Of a stretch of DNA of 64,000 nt, positions 26,148 through 40,300 are shown one piece after another. Positions within the stretch are counted from its first letter, which is position 1, and every line of letters begins with the position of its first letter. The stretch spans positions 40,672,001 through 40,736,000 of the forward strand of contig OZ024744.1 of assembly GCA_964016885.1 (NCBI GenBank). The letters are read 5' to 3'. A program made the translations under genes and the position numbers. The stretch comes from Eledone cirrhosa. Taxonomy: Eukaryota. The notes under the pieces are model-generated. The model was not told where the DNA came from. It made no database searches and saw nothing but the letters and a program-made list of their open reading frames with translations.

Positions 26148-27485
26148 GTGCATAAAAGATGTAGTGGGATCACAGGTAAGCTAACTAAGAACATAGATTT
26201 TACATGTGGCCGGTGCTCTGGTGCAATAAGTAGCAGCAAGTGCCCACAAAATACTAGCTCCTTCAACTGCGCAGAGGGTTCTATAGAAATAGTGGACAGC
26301 TTCCGTTACCTGGGTGACAAAATCAGCAGTGGGGGAGGGTGCTCTGAAAGTACAGTAGCTAGAGTCAGAACTGGATGGAAAAAGTTCAGAGAGCTTATAC
26401 CACTATTAGCCGCTAGAGGGTTCTCCCTAAAAATGAAAGGCAGGTTATACGATGCCTGCATCAGATGTTGTTTACTCGAGAGAAGGCTACGTTGGTACGG
26501 TCACGTGATGCGCATGAAAGACAACAGCTGTATAACAAAGTGCAGGGCAATAAAGATAGACGGTAGCCATGGAGTAGGCAGACCCAGAAAAACATGGGAC
26601 GAGCTGATAAATTCCGTCCTCACACGCTTACACCTCTCCAAGACAATGTCACTGGACTGTGACCTTTGGCGGTACTCAGTAATAGAGAAGACCCGCCTTA
26701 CCTAAATACAAAGTAAAAACCTACTACAGTCAGTAGGCATCTCTAACAAAATACACCCCCGCCCCATCCACACCGCCCCCTTCTATGTAAAGTTATGTTG
26801 GTGCCACACCATCCAGGCCGAAACAAATGAGATCGTGTAGGTGTCACAACAAAAAAACACACAGTCCACGCTGTAATGTGGCCGTGTAGGCAACACGGTA
26901 AAAACCTCCCAGACCCACACTGTAAATGTGGTTGGTGTTAGGAAGGGCATCCAACTGTAGAAAACCCGCCAGACAGTCCTATGCGAGCAAGACAACCACT
27001 CTTGCCTGAAGTGGGAAAACCCCCGTCCAAACCCATGCAAGCGTGGAACACGGACGCTAAACCTGATGATGATGATGATGATGATATATCCTTGGAGTGA
27101 GGAGACCCAAGAAGACCTGAGATGAGGTGATAACAGCTGACTTTGCCCAATTGCACCTCTCAAAGGCTATGACACACAATCGTGACCTCTGGCAAGACCC
27201 AACTTCCCACAGGTTCAAGCCGAAGCTGAAGCATATAGACAATATGGCCCCATCCCCTCCCACTGCAAAGTGGTCATGGAGGCACCACGGCAAAAAAGCA
27301 CCCACCACTCACTGTAAATGAGGTTGGTGTTAGGAAGGGCATCCAGCTGTAGAAATCAGCCAAAATCAAATCCCATATGAGCAAGACAAGGTCACCCGAC
27401 CTGGCATTGCCCACAACAGGACAACCTGTCTAACCCATGCTAGCGTGGAATAATGGACGTAAAACGGTGATGATGATGATGCTGA
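26145..27485 (+). mobile_element. two tandem RTE 3' ends (26145-27085 with an in-frame internal deletion; 27095-27485)
   Basis: ORF 26148..26705 joins DACI directly to RCCLL; two 3'UTRs, each ending in (GAT)n. Confidence 0.85.
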
Positions 27486-28293
27486 TGTGTATATATATTA
27501 TATCTGCTTTCATCCTAAAGCAGGATCTTCTGAAATATTTGCTCTACAGGTTTATATGTACTAAATATAGTACAAAGCCATCTAAGAATTGTATATACAT
27601 ATAGATAAATTGTTATGGTAGTAGAAATTTTATTCATATTTTTATTTATATACTTTATCTATTTATTTATTTCATTTTTTAAATGTTATTTCTAGATTTA
27701 TTTCTATTATTTCTTTTTAGAATATCTAGAAAACAACTACTATGTAAATTAGATGAGAATAATCAGATTTTTCATTTTTTTTATCTTTAAAAAATAGTTA
27801 AACTGATGCCAAAGAATAATTGCGTAAATAAATCAGTAAATCCTGATGGCAAAATGTCAAGATCATAGCTAATTAGCTAACATAAATCAGTAATCTTTTA
27901 ATTTACCTGCTCCCAGCAATTTGTCTTATCTGATATTTTATTTGCTTATTTATAATTCAAAATTTGAATTAATGGCTTTACTCTTTATGCAGCTTCACTA
28001 TGTCTATGTGTAGTTGCGTATGTGTGTGCGTGTGAGTGAATGCGCATGGGTTTATGCAAGCATGCCTGTGTGTCTGAGTGTTTGTGTGTGTGTGTGTATG
28101 TATGTACATGTGTGCGACTACTTGTATGTACATGTGTATGTTTGTGTGTGTATTTGTGTATGTGTATGTTTGTGTATGCATTTGTGTGTGTGCTTGTGCT
28201 TGTGTGTATGTTTGTATTTGTATGTGTATTTGTGTGTGACTGTGTGATTATAATCACACACAAATACACATATACACTTACAAATACAAACAT

Positions 28294-30281
28294 ATATGTG
28301 TAACATATTTTTTGTTCCCCGGTTCTAAGTGTCATTTCCTGGTTTGTTATATCCCATTATTATAAAAAAAACACTATTATTTAATCAGAAGTTTGGGTTT
28401 CTGGTCAGGAGTTTGATATTTCAAAATTTTCATATTTTTCAAGAAAAAACACATTTAAAAAAAAATTTATCAGTTCACATAATTAAATCAACAGAGTATA
28501 TATTTATTTTATTACACAAGCTTATCAAAAGCAAACAAGTAAAAACAAATAACACTTATAAAGCAACTTATACACGTCAGAAATGACTGGATTTCCTGGA
28601 TTTGCGGTTGTAGTCCAGGTCGCATTCCCACACTAGCCCCAGATATAGTCCCCCATCATTTTTTCATTGTAGTGGCCCTGGTAGCTTCACTCTATCTCTT
28701 TCACATCTTGGTGGAATCGTTCGCCTTGTTCTTCTGAGTAGGCACCCATATTGTCCTTGAATTTTTCCAGGTGAGCATTCAGCATATGGAGTTTAAGCGA
28801 CATCCTGCATCCCGTGGTGCCCTTTTTCAAATCCTGCACCAGTTGCTGGTAGTTTTCAGCTCTGTAGTTGCCCAGGAAGCCCTTAACAACTGCCTTGAAA
28901 CAGTTCCATGCTATTCTCTCACTCCTATTGAGCTTATTGGGGAACTCGGTAGACTCAAACACCTTCTTTATCTGCGGTCCAACAAAAATTCCACCTTTGA
29001 TTTTGGCCTCAGATAACTTGGGGAAGAACTCAAGAAGGTACTTAAAAGCGGCTGATTCTTGGTTGAGAGCCTTCACAAACAGCTTCATCAACCCCAACTT
29101 AATGTGCAGTGGCGGCATGAGCACAATCCTGGGATCAACCAGTGGCTCCCACATGACGTTCCGGGTCCCAACTACAAATTCTGTTCGCTGCTCCCAGTTC
29201 TTTCTTTTGTTGTGGTCAGAGGTGGCTCTGCTGTCCCAAAGGCAGAGGAAGCATTGGAATTTGATAAAACCTCCTTGGAGTCCAAGCAGGAAAGCCACCA
29301 CCTTGAAGTCTCCAATGATTTCCCAATTGTACTGGTTGTATTGCAGAGCTTCCAAGAGGACTTTCACACTGTAGTAATCTTTCTTCAGGCAGCCTGAATG
29401 ATCTAGGGGCAGTGTCGGGAACTTGCTTCCATTGTGGATGAGGACAGCCTTCAAACTTGTGGTGGATCTGTCTATAAATAGCCACCACTCCTTGGGCACA
29501 AACGGCACCCCAATAACATCAAACAGTCCAGGCACATCATGGCACAAGCAGAGGCCATCCCTAAGAGTGTAAAAGCCTGAGAAAGGTTTGTGTCGACTTC
29601 TCTGACTTGTCACCTGCACTTCCTCCTTGACCAAGTTCCACTGCTTCATCCTGGAGATGAATAGCTCTGCATTGGACTTGGTCAGACCCATATCCCTGAC
29701 CAAGTCATTGACTTCTTTTTGGTTTGGGAAGTGAGGAACTTTTTCTGGTACCTCAGGCAGGTAATCCAAGTCCTCAGCATCCATCTCCCCCTCTTCATCA
29801 GAATACTTGTCTTGGAAAATAAATTTGATATGCAATACAAAATAAATATTGGAAAGGGAAATACATATTTAAATAATATAAAAGAATACTAATCATACTA
29901 ATGAAAATTTGTGCTTAAAACACAACTTACCCTTTATTCAAGGTGCGAAAATCCAGTATCAATAAATCTCTTTAATCCACTTTTTAACAATTTTATACTT
30001 TATTGCACTTTTATAATTTTCTTTAGGTATTACTCTTTATTTTATAATTTTAATTAAACCTCAAACATATATAAAAAGAATCATTTAACATAAGCAAATT
30101 AAACTTACATACAACGTAAAATCCAGCATACAAATAATTCTAGTAAATAGCTTAGAAGTTTTACAAACCCCAACTTTTAACTATTTAATAGCACTTTTTT
30201 TTATTTATTTGGGACCTAAGCAACACAAAAAAAGTGATTACAAGCCAAGAACAGAGAAAAAAATTTTTTTGTTACACAGTG
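28294..30281 (-). mobile_element. Chapaev3-like (CMC) DNA transposon, internally deleted or decayed
   Basis: Imperfect TIRs tgtgtaaca (28297) and tgttacacagtg (30270-81) followed by tta; transposase inside. Confidence 0.7.
28620..29811 (-). pseudogene. Chapaev-like transposase exon with premature stop
   Basis: WLFID.S..SLKAVL.HNG, GDFK, CFLCLWDSR, PPLHIKLGLMK.FVKAL, SLKLH.L..H, SEEQGERFHQD; after the stop, YQG..MMGDYIW. Candidate intron about 29812-29930 (GTAAGT...TTTTCCAAG). Confidence 0.75.
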
Positions 30282-30501
30282 TTATGTATGCTTGCAATCT
30301 TTCTTGAAAAGATTGGTAAAAAGGAAGTGTTATAATATGGATTGCTCTAAATATGATTGTTATGTTCATTACTAGTGACATTGTCAGGTGAAATAGATGA
30401 GTAAACATCATCTTTGCTGAACTTTTGGAACTGGTGTAGGGAAAGGATGCAGTAACCTATATTCTAGAGAAGTTTTCACTACCTAATATCCTTTTATTTA
30501 A

Positions 30502-30710
30502 CCCATTAAGCATTCATATTACTCTATATTTACTATTGTATTTACACAAAAAAGGCTTTATCTCACATAATATTGAATCTATGAGATTTTGATATTATTT
30601 ATTTTGAGAACAATACCTTAACGTCAGTATGAGTGGCCAGTTACGAACAATTTGAACAGAAAGAGGTGAGAGAATTCTGGCCAAATGCAGACAGTTTAAA
30701 TGCTAAAGGG
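30502..30710. mobile_element. piggyBac-type MITE
   Basis: TTAA|CCCATTAAGCATT ... AATGCTAAAGGG|TTAA: imperfect TIRs with TTAA target duplication. Confidence 0.75.
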
Positions 30711-30896
30711 TTAAATAAATGATGAGAAAAATGTATTTATTTATTGTTAATATAACTATAAATTGGTCAAACACAAAAAAAGAAAGCAGCATTGGAAAAA
30801 TGTCATAAATGAGAGGAAAAAGAGGGGAAGAGCAAGGACTACTATACAAAGGAAGAAAGAAAGGGGGGAAGGGGAGATAGGGCCAGATTCCTATAT

Positions 30897-31045
30897 CTAG
30901 GTGAGAGGGATGTTTTGGTTGTCTTCCGTGGACAAAATGGCAAAGGCATTTCTGCGGACAATGACCAGCGGCGCCTGCTGCAACACCCATGCCACTTCGC
31001 GGGGCTCCTTCCTCAGTTGGGCTGCTATCAATTCGATTTTACGGA
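30897..31045 (-). pseudogene. C-terminal fragment of a CRE-like RLE retrotransposon
   Basis: LIAAQLRKEPREVAWVLQQAPLVIVRRNAFAIL resembles the PRE..WL.QR..IA..RGNA.AIL terminus. Confidence 0.5.
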
Positions 31046-31869
31046 GAATGATGATGATGATGATGATGATGAAATTTTCCCACATACCCCCGGCTACAAT
31101 TACTCCCCCTCCCATATTGCTATACAGAGAGGATAAAAATTGAAAGAGAGAAATGTATTATTAAGGAAGGATTGATATCCAATACTGTACATGTTTATAA
31201 CAAAGTCCTTGAAATTTTGATGTTATCTCAAGGACTCAAAATATTACCTTTGTGGATCCCAGGCTGAGAAATGCTTCCCTAGAGTAACCTGAGTTGCCAT
31301 TGCAGTATGATTAATATGCATCAGAGTGACAGACCTATCTCTACTTCAGAGTGATCTGAATTCTTGAAACAGCATTGTCTCTTCTAAAAATACAACACCC
31401 AAAGGCCAGGTGGAGGTGTTAAACCGGGTCTGCCATTTTAAAATTCAGAGCTCAAAAAAACTGAACTAATGCTGCAAAGCATCCTCAACTGATGTTCTAA
31501 TGATTCCACACCAATCAATCGCTCTCTACTGGAACTTTATTTCTTCAATCACTGAAAAGTTGTGGGACAAATTTGACTTAAGTTGTATTCAAACTCAGAA
31601 AACTTAGTGCCAGAAAAGGAATAAATAGATTTTTGACAGTGTTTTTTATATTTTTCAATTAATTCCATTTAACTCTGTTGTATGTATATATATATATGTA
31701 TATATCATGTTCCCACAACTGATGCAACCAATCATTGGGGTGCCACTCTAGACAATTTTGCAGTCATTCTTTTCCATTGCTCTCTATTCTCCATCATGTA
31801 TAGAAGGATCTCTGTGTTGTGACCAATTCAGTCAGACCAGGATTTTTTTTATCTGCCACTTCATATTGC

Positions 31870-32130
31870 TCAACATCTGACATGTCCATTGTGATAACTG
31901 AGTTTTAGTTTCTAGCTCCTACTCATACACCCACATCTCATCTCCAATTATCGTGGTGTTCAGAAACTCGGGATCCTTGTTGGCAGTATCAGGTGAAATA
32001 AATCTGTGAAAAGTAATTCTGCACTTGACACGATGACTGTCTAACTGTGACTGATACATCCAGCAAGCTTGCAATACATGAGCTTGAGTGTATGTAGATC
32101 AACTTTGCACACCTTTGTCTCCTTAAAATC
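31870..32130 (-). pseudogene. mariner transposase fragment
   Basis: Reverse strand reads DPEFLNTTIIGDEMWVYE*ELETKTQ (mariner TGDETWV..Y.PETK.Q motif). Confidence 0.7.
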
Positions 32131-32234
32131 ATTACTTTTCATGGAAAACAATGTATGGTCTGATGCTTTTACGATACACCCCATAAACATATGAACACAC
32201 ATACATACATGGGGCACTGTGATGTGTTAGTAAC

Positions 32235-32590
32235 TGACTCAATACAAATCTTGAGAAGCTAGGCTTCACAGAACAGAAAGAACACAACTAGTTAGGAAAT
32301 TACAAGTACAATCCATTAATGGAACAGTAAAAATATGTAAAACATTCCAAAAATGTTGCATCTAATAACTGCATATACACATGTACAGATGCAAAGCATA
32401 TACACATGCAAACATACAACTCAAAACATCCACATCCACACATACAATAACATCCATATCTACACATGCAGACATACATACATATCTACCTAGTAGATGT
32501 GTAAATTCCAATGAGAGAGTCTTGCGTCTATGTTAGAAACCGACTCTCTCTCTATTGGTAAAACTGTGTGAAATTATAAAACCAGAACAC
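32235..32590. repeat. unclassified dispersed repeat; inverted homologue at about 62050-62378
   Basis: aatacaaatcttgagaagct...aattataaaaccagaa is the reverse complement of the 62.05-62.38 kb segment. Confidence 0.75.
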
Positions 32591-33186
32591 ACATAGAAAC
32601 GTATATACATGCATACTTACATACATATGTACATACATACTTACATACATACACAAATACATACCTACATATACACGTACATACATGCATACACAAATAC
32701 ACACACCCATACATACATATATTCATACATACATTCATACATGCAGAAAGACAGATAAACAAACATCTGTGTGTCTGTGTTCCCATAGCTAATGAATTAG
32801 TTGCTAAGCATTTTTCAGGATTTTTTTTTTTCACATATTTCTCTTCATCTGTAACAAAGATTTCTTCTAATGGTTTCCTCTAAGAAAGTTGTTTGATACA
32901 TAATAATTTCTTTTAAAATACTTCAATGTATTCATATGTGTGTCCTTAATAATGAATGGAGAGAGGCCGTGGATAAACATGGTAAATGTGTTTTGATGAA
33001 GACTGTCTGGCAATATAGAAGAATTATAAATGTATATTTAAAGAAATAACTTAGAGGATTTCCTTTAATGTGTTCTTTATTGTTTACTACTTAGAGCTTA
33101 TTGTTCATCAAAAAGAAAAAAGAATTATTGGAATTGGAATGAAAGACATCTCTCATTCTCTTTCTCTCTCTCTCTATTTATCTATT

Positions 33187-33275
<89 letters not shown>

Positions 33276-33351
33276 CACCATCATCATCATTGTTTAACAT
33301 CTATGTTCCACACTAGCATCGGTTAGATATATATAATATATATATATATAG

Positions 33352-33925
33352 TTAAGAGGATAATGCATGGGAGAAAGAGACCCTACACCAAGTGGACCCT
33401 ATAGAGACCCAGCAATACAAGTCAGCAGCAGTGTAGTAAGTAAGGCAACAAAAGATATGAAGACAGGAAAGCAACCGGTCTATCGGGTATAGCTGCCAAG
33501 ATGCTGAATGAATCTGGGTCGGAAGGTCACACCATAACCACATATATTGTTAACCAGGTAATACTAGAGGGTGTCATACCAAAGGATTAGTGCAGCAACA
33601 TCGTTGTCAACTGCTACAAGGGTAAAGGAGATACACTAGATAGAGGAAACTATAGAGGTATAAAGCTGATATAAGTAATGGAAAGAGTTATAGCACAGTT
33701 GATTAGGGACCAGGTAAAACTAGATGAGATGCAGTTTGGGTTTGTGCCAGGAAAAGGCACCACTGATGTCCCCTTCCTTGAGAGGCAGTTACAGGAAAAG
33801 TACCTAGCTAAAAGTAAGCCGCTCTAACTGGCATTTGTCGATCTAGAAAAAGCCTTCAACAGAGTGCCCTGGGCTATAATCTGGTGGGCTCTTAGAAAAC
33901 TAGGAGTAGATGAATGGCTTGTAAA
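33352..33925 (+). mobile_element. RTE RT internal fragment
   Basis: NCYKGKGDTLDRGNYRGI, QFGFVPG, FVDLEKAF. Confidence 0.85.
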
Positions 33926-34500
33926 GGACAAACGATCATCCATGAAGCTCGCGAGCCACGTATAGTCCCTCAAAGACACAGGTATAGACTACTCCATTCA
34001 ATGGAAAACTATCACTAGGTCCAAGCCATACGCAAGAGGCAATCCGTCTTGTCAACTGTGTATTGAAGAAAGGATAAATATTCTAAGGAGATTAAACAAT
34101 AGTGATTGCCTAAAATCAAGATATGAAATCTTCTCACGTTGTCCACATGTCTGTAAACACCTCTTGAATAACTACAAAGCTCCGGATTGAATAACAACAA
34201 CATTCTAATTTTCTAATCAACTTGAACTTTTTATTCCGGACTTTCGCAGTTATCTCCTTTGCACCTTTTGCCCGTGGTTTTGTATCGCTTGGGTGAAGTG
34301 ACCATTCTGCGCGTGCGCGTTCATACGGTTATTCTTCCTAGTCCATACAACCATGACCAGTCCGAGCTGAAGATCCGCATAAGGTGAAACAATTGTTCTC
34401 GGTATGGTGAACTAACTGTTGTGTTATTACTTCTACCAAACTCGTCCCATGGACTGAGTGCTCTACCACTACGGATATTACCTTCCAGTGTTCTACCCCT
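33926..34500 (+). mobile_element. PLE 3' end (GIY-YIG C-terminus and pLTR) fused to the RTE fragment
   Basis: SSMKLASHV..LKD..IDYSIQWK...PY..GNPSCQLCIEE...FSRCPH; hammerhead downstream. Confidence 0.75.
34356..34408 (+). ncRNA. minimal type I hammerhead ribozyme
   Basis: ccgag CTGAAGA tcc-gcataa-ggt GAAA caattg TT ctcgg, with distal acca/tggt pairing; weak stem II. Confidence 0.7.
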
Positions 34501-34505
34501 CTCTT

Positions 34506-34580
<75 letters not shown>

Positions 34581-35037
34581 GTTCACTATTTTCACTATAA
34601 TCTCATATATATATCGATATATATATAGAGAGAGAGAGGGACGAGGGGTGGGGGGGTGGGGGGGGGGGTAAGAGAGATATAGCGTGAAGTAGGGGAGAGA
34701 AAAAGAGAGAGAGTGCGACATATATATATATATAACTATAACTTTAGCCGCAATAACTTAGAGACAGAAAAAAAATAATAATAACTAGCAAGCAGCCACT
34801 ACAAAGAATTGAACTCCACACCTTTCAAATTCTGACGGGAGGTACAGTTATTTTCTGTGCTTTTTAAGATTTTCAATCAACTGAATGATCCAATACATTC
34901 CATGTTAGGGGGAAAATGTACGGTAAACAGTGATGATTGATGATAATGATGATGATGATATATATATTTATATATAATATATATACATATATATGTGTGT
35001 GTGTGTTTCATTTACTTTGTTATTTCACTTTATTTTT

Positions 35038-35109
<72 letters not shown>

Positions 35110-36011
35110 AAAGGTAAAGTGAAATAACAAAGTAAATGAAACACAAAAAGTATAACTGAAGCACAAAAATCCATCTTCATTATATATATCATCATCATCA
35201 TCATCATTTTACGTCCGCTTTTCCCTGCTTGCAAGGAAAACTGATTCTGGCTTGATTTCTACAGCTGGATGCCCTTCTTAAAATTAAAGTTAGAAGAAAA
35301 ATGGTACATAAACATACCAAGATTACGTTTCTACCCCATGGGATTTCATTCGCTTTTGGAAATATCCGATCAAGGATAAATTCACGAGCTTCGAAATCAT
35401 CAGGAAACAAACTCACTGGGACGAAGATTTTTCTTAAATGATTCCCGCCAGAAACGAATTCAAAATGGCTAAGAACTGTGATGTGGCAGTGGTCAAGTCA
35501 GAAAGAATGTGATTGGTGCCTTACGGCGAGTGGGCTGCTGGCTAGAAAGCGCAGCCTAATATTGCCTAAAGCGAATGAAACCCCATGGGGTAGAAACGTA
35601 ATCTTGGTATGTTTATATACATTTTTTCTTCTAACTTTAATTTTATACCTAATTGTGTATGGTTGCCAATATATTTAATCGATTTCCACGTACTATTGAC
35701 ATGCTGGGTAAATATTCTACATCTGTTGATCGCGAATAGATGGCTGTCGTTTATTTATCTATTACTTCTCATAGGTGCCTTTTAATCTTATAGCCTGGTT
35801 TAATTGTTTTTTTGTGTGGTTGATTATGCTGATTGGGAGAAGAGATGGTGTATATATCTTATCAAATGATTCTATGGACATACGTTATTGTATATTGCTC
35901 TGATTGTTGATTATTTAATTAACTAATTCGTCATTGCGCCACGTTGTGAATGGTTGCAAAAAACATATATCTATCTATCTATGACTTTGTCTAGTTTGTG
36001 TATATGTAAAT

Positions 36012-36087
<76 letters not shown>

Positions 36088-37055
36088 TAAAATTTAAGCA
36101 AAGATTAAAGTTTAAGCAAAGAATCGCTGCTTTCACTCTTAACGGGATCTTCTGAAAGTAAAAAAATCAATCTGTGAACACAGAAGTAAATATTTCGAAA
36201 AACGTTGCAGCTGAAGGAAAACAGGAAGACGATACTTTGGTATGTGAACACATTCCCTGGCAATGAACGGAAAAAAGTGAAGATAATACATCATTTTGAG
36301 GAGCGATGAGAACAATTACACACAAAGACAAAACCACGTTTATGATATAAATGAAGTCGTAGGTTAATATTCTATTTAGGAAGCGGAATGATTCTCGGCT
36401 TCTGAGTTAAGAATAATGTAAATAAATTAGTAGAACGAAAATGACAGAGGTTATTAAAATCAATAATAATTAAATATATACATACACGCATCCATATACG
36501 TACATACACGGGCATACGCGAAAATACCCGCCATGGTATGCATATACAAGTACGTACACATAAACATGCGGACACATACATAAACCCGCGCACATACGAT
36601 TGTATACACCAAATACACGCGAAACAAAAAAATATATATATGGGTGTGTGTATATACATATAATTATATAAACGTATACAAATATACACACATAAATACG
36701 TATATAACGCACGCACACACATATGTGTAAAAACACATATGTTCACTAAAGGTACGTCAACCAAAACACAAAGTACACATATACACACCATCTATAAACA
36801 CGCATACACACACAAACACCAAACACACATATACACATAACCACATACACATATACCAATATACATAATATAATATATACACCTATAACAAATACAAGCA
36901 AATATACGTACGAGAAAGTATACGTACCCTCACAAAACATACGGGTAATATATACTTACCCATACAAATAAGTAATGATATTAACAAAATATACTTAGCT
37001 ACCACATCAAGACGTAAATTATCCGCGTATTGTTCGTACTATTATTGTTATTATA

Positions 37056-37258
37056 AGGGCGGTGGATTGGGAGTATCGGTAGAGGGTCGGACGCCATGCT
37101 TTGGCGCATAGAGTTACGGCCCTTGCCATTCTGAGTTCAAATCCCGCCGAGGTTAACTTTGCCTTTCATCCTAACGGGTGTCAATAATATAAAGTACCAG
37201 TAATAAACTGGGTTAATTGCTGGCATTGTGCCTATTGTAGAAACAATTATTATTATTA

Positions 37259-37260
<2 letters not shown>
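37056..37260 (+). mobile_element. Meta/MESC-like SINE, complete
   Basis: gggcggtggattgg head, gagttcaaatccc B-box, core, (TTA)n tail. Confidence 0.85.
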
Positions 37261-37301
<41 letters not shown>

Positions 37302-37319
37302 ATATATAAATATATATAT

Positions 37320-40300
37320 ATCATCATCATCAGCATCACCGTTTTACGTCCGTTCTTCCATGCTAGCATGGGTTAGACGGGTTGTCCTGTTGTTGGCAGT
37401 GTCTGGTTGGCTGACCTTGTCTTGCTCATTCAGGAACTGATTTTGGCTTGATTTCTACAGCTGGATGCCCTTCCTAACACCAACCTCATTTACAGTGAGT
37501 GCTGGGTGCTTTTTCGTGGCGCCTACATGCCCACTTTACAGTGTGGGCTGGGTGCTTTTTTGCCGTGGCACCTCCACGACCACCTTGCAGTGGGAGGGTG
37601 TGGCGTCATATTGTCTATATGCTTCAGCTTGTACCCATGGGAGGTCGAGTACTCTGTATTACTGCGTGACGCCAGAGGTCACGGTCGTGTGTCATCGCCT
37701 TTGAGAGGTGTAATTGGGTAAGGTCGGCTTTTATCACCTCATCCCAGGTCTTCTTGGGTCTCCTTACTCCGCGGTTTTCATTGACTTCTAGTGTTCTGCA
37801 CCTTTTTATGCAGCTGTCATCCTTCATACGCATCACATGTCCATACCAGCGCAACCGCCTCTCCTGCACACAGCATTTTATTCCTCTTATGCTCAGTCTC
37901 TCTCTCTCAATTCATTTATGCTTTGTCGTTCGCGTATATTACTATTACACATCCATCGGAGCATGCAGGCTTCGTTTCTTTCTAATCTACGTAAGTCTTC
38001 CACCTTCAGCGCCCAGGTCTCACTACCATGTAACATTGCTGTTCGGATACACGCATCATACAGTCTGCCTTTCATTTTGAGGGAGAAGCCTTTTGCAGTT
38101 AGCAGTGGCAGTAGTTCCCTGAACTTCTTCCATCCCGTTCTTACCCTAGTTATTGTACTTTCTGAACACCCACCTCCGCTGCTTATTCGGTTACCTAGGT
38201 AGCTGAAGCTGTCTACTGTTTCTACAGAGCCCTCCCAGAGATTGGTGGTACTTGTTTCCTGTGGCTGTTTGCTGCTTGCTGTCCCAGCACAGCTGCTGCA
38301 TATGAAGCCTACATTCTTAATTAAGCTTCCTGAGATCCCGCTACATCTCTTGTGTACCCATTGTTTGCATTTGGGGCAGAGAATGGTGTTCCTACCTACA
38401 CCTTTCCTACATACTGAGCAAGGCCATTTCCCTGAGGGGATCTGGGTTCTGTTTTCTCGCCTACTTACAATGACCTTAGTCTTTGTCATGTTGACTTTGA
38501 GACCCTTTCTTTCTAGTCCCTGCTTCCAAGTTTGGAATTTCTTCTCTAGTTCTACCATAGATTCAGCTATAAGTGCGCGGTCATCAGCATACAGGAGTTC
38601 CCATGGGCATCCGGTCTTAAACTCCTCCGTTATTGCCTGCAGGACTATGATGAACAGGAGAGGGCTAAGAACAGAGCCCTGGTGGACACAAACCTGTACC
38701 CTAAATTCCTCGCTATACTCATTGCTAATCCTAACTGACTGCTCCCCTATACATGGCTTGTACAGCTTTCATAAGCAATTCATCTACTCCTAGTTTTCTA
38801 AGAGCTCACCAGATTACAGCACGTAGAACTCTGTCAATGGCTTTCTCAATATCGGCGAATGCCAGGTAGAGTGGCTTACTTTTAGCTAGGTACTTTTCCT
38901 GTAACTGCCTGACAAGGAAGAGGGCATCAGTGGTGCCTCTTCCTGGTACAAACCCAAATTGCATCTTATTTATTTTCATCCGGTCCCTAATCAACTGTGC
39001 TATAACTCTTTCTGTTACTTTCATGACCTGGTTCATCAGCTTTATACCTCTATAGTTTCCTCTATCTAGTGCATCACCTTTACGTTTGTAGCAGTTGACA
39101 ATGATGCTACTGCACCAATCTTTTCGTATGACACCTTCTAGTATTACCTGGCTAACAATACGTGTGGTTATAGTGTGACCTACCGACCCAGATGCCTTCA
39201 GCATCTCGGCAGCTATACGCGATGGACCGGTTGCCTTCCCCATCTTCATATCTTTGATTGCCTTACTTACTACGCTGCTAGTACTGACTTGTACTGCTGG
39301 CCCCTCTATAGGGTCTACTTGGGGTAGGGTCTCTTCTTCCCATGCATTCTCCTCATTTAGTAATCTATCATAATGGCTCTTCCATGCATCTTTCTTCTCA
39401 GCACTTGTGAGGGCAAGCTCACCTTTATCATTCCGGATATACTTCTCTCCAATGACATCACAATTCTCTCTGACACACTGCCTCGCAATCTTGAACACCT
39501 CCTGTTTCTGGTCCTCACGTTGCAAAACATGCTTGAATTTTCTATCCTCTGCTTCCCTCCTGGCTAAGTATACTTGTCGCCTAGCTTGCCTCTTGGTCTC
39601 TATGTAATGTACCCTGCTCCCCCCGTTCTTCCATTCTTTCCATGCCTGTCTCTTGGCCTTAACTGCCTCATCTACCTTATTGTTCTACCACCAAGTCACT
39701 TTCCTCCTGATTGTGGTCTTACTCCAGCCACAGACCTCATCCGTCGCATCTAGTAAGTTATTTTTTAGGAACTCCCAGTGCTCTGCTACATTGAATGTCA
39801 CTATCTATTCTTCTTTACTGTCGTAGGCGTTGAGTAAAATATCTTTAAATCTGTTACTGGCTGAGGGGTCTTTCAGCTTCCAGATCTTTCTTCTCCAGGC
39901 TGGCCTCTGTTTCCAAGTTCGTCTAGCTCTGACCGCGAGGTCGCTGACAACTAAGCTATGTTGGGAGGTACATTCCTCACTAGGGTAGACTTTTGTGTTT
40001 ACGACCATCCATCTGTCACGTCCTCTGACGAGGATAAAATCTATCTGACTTGAATGCTCCCCTGATCTATAGGTGATCAGGTGGTTGTCGGGTTTTTTGA
40101 AGTTTGTGTTACATATCGACATGTCATTGGCGTTGCAGAATTCTTGAAGTCTGAATGCTTCCTTATTTCTTGTGCCAACCCCGTGGCCTCCATAGACTCT
40201 ATTGAAGCCGTCACAGTGTTTACCTACGTGTCCGTTAAAATCTCCTGCGATGATTAGGAAGTCATTGTCGTTTGTTAGAGCAGTAGTGTGCATTAGGGAC

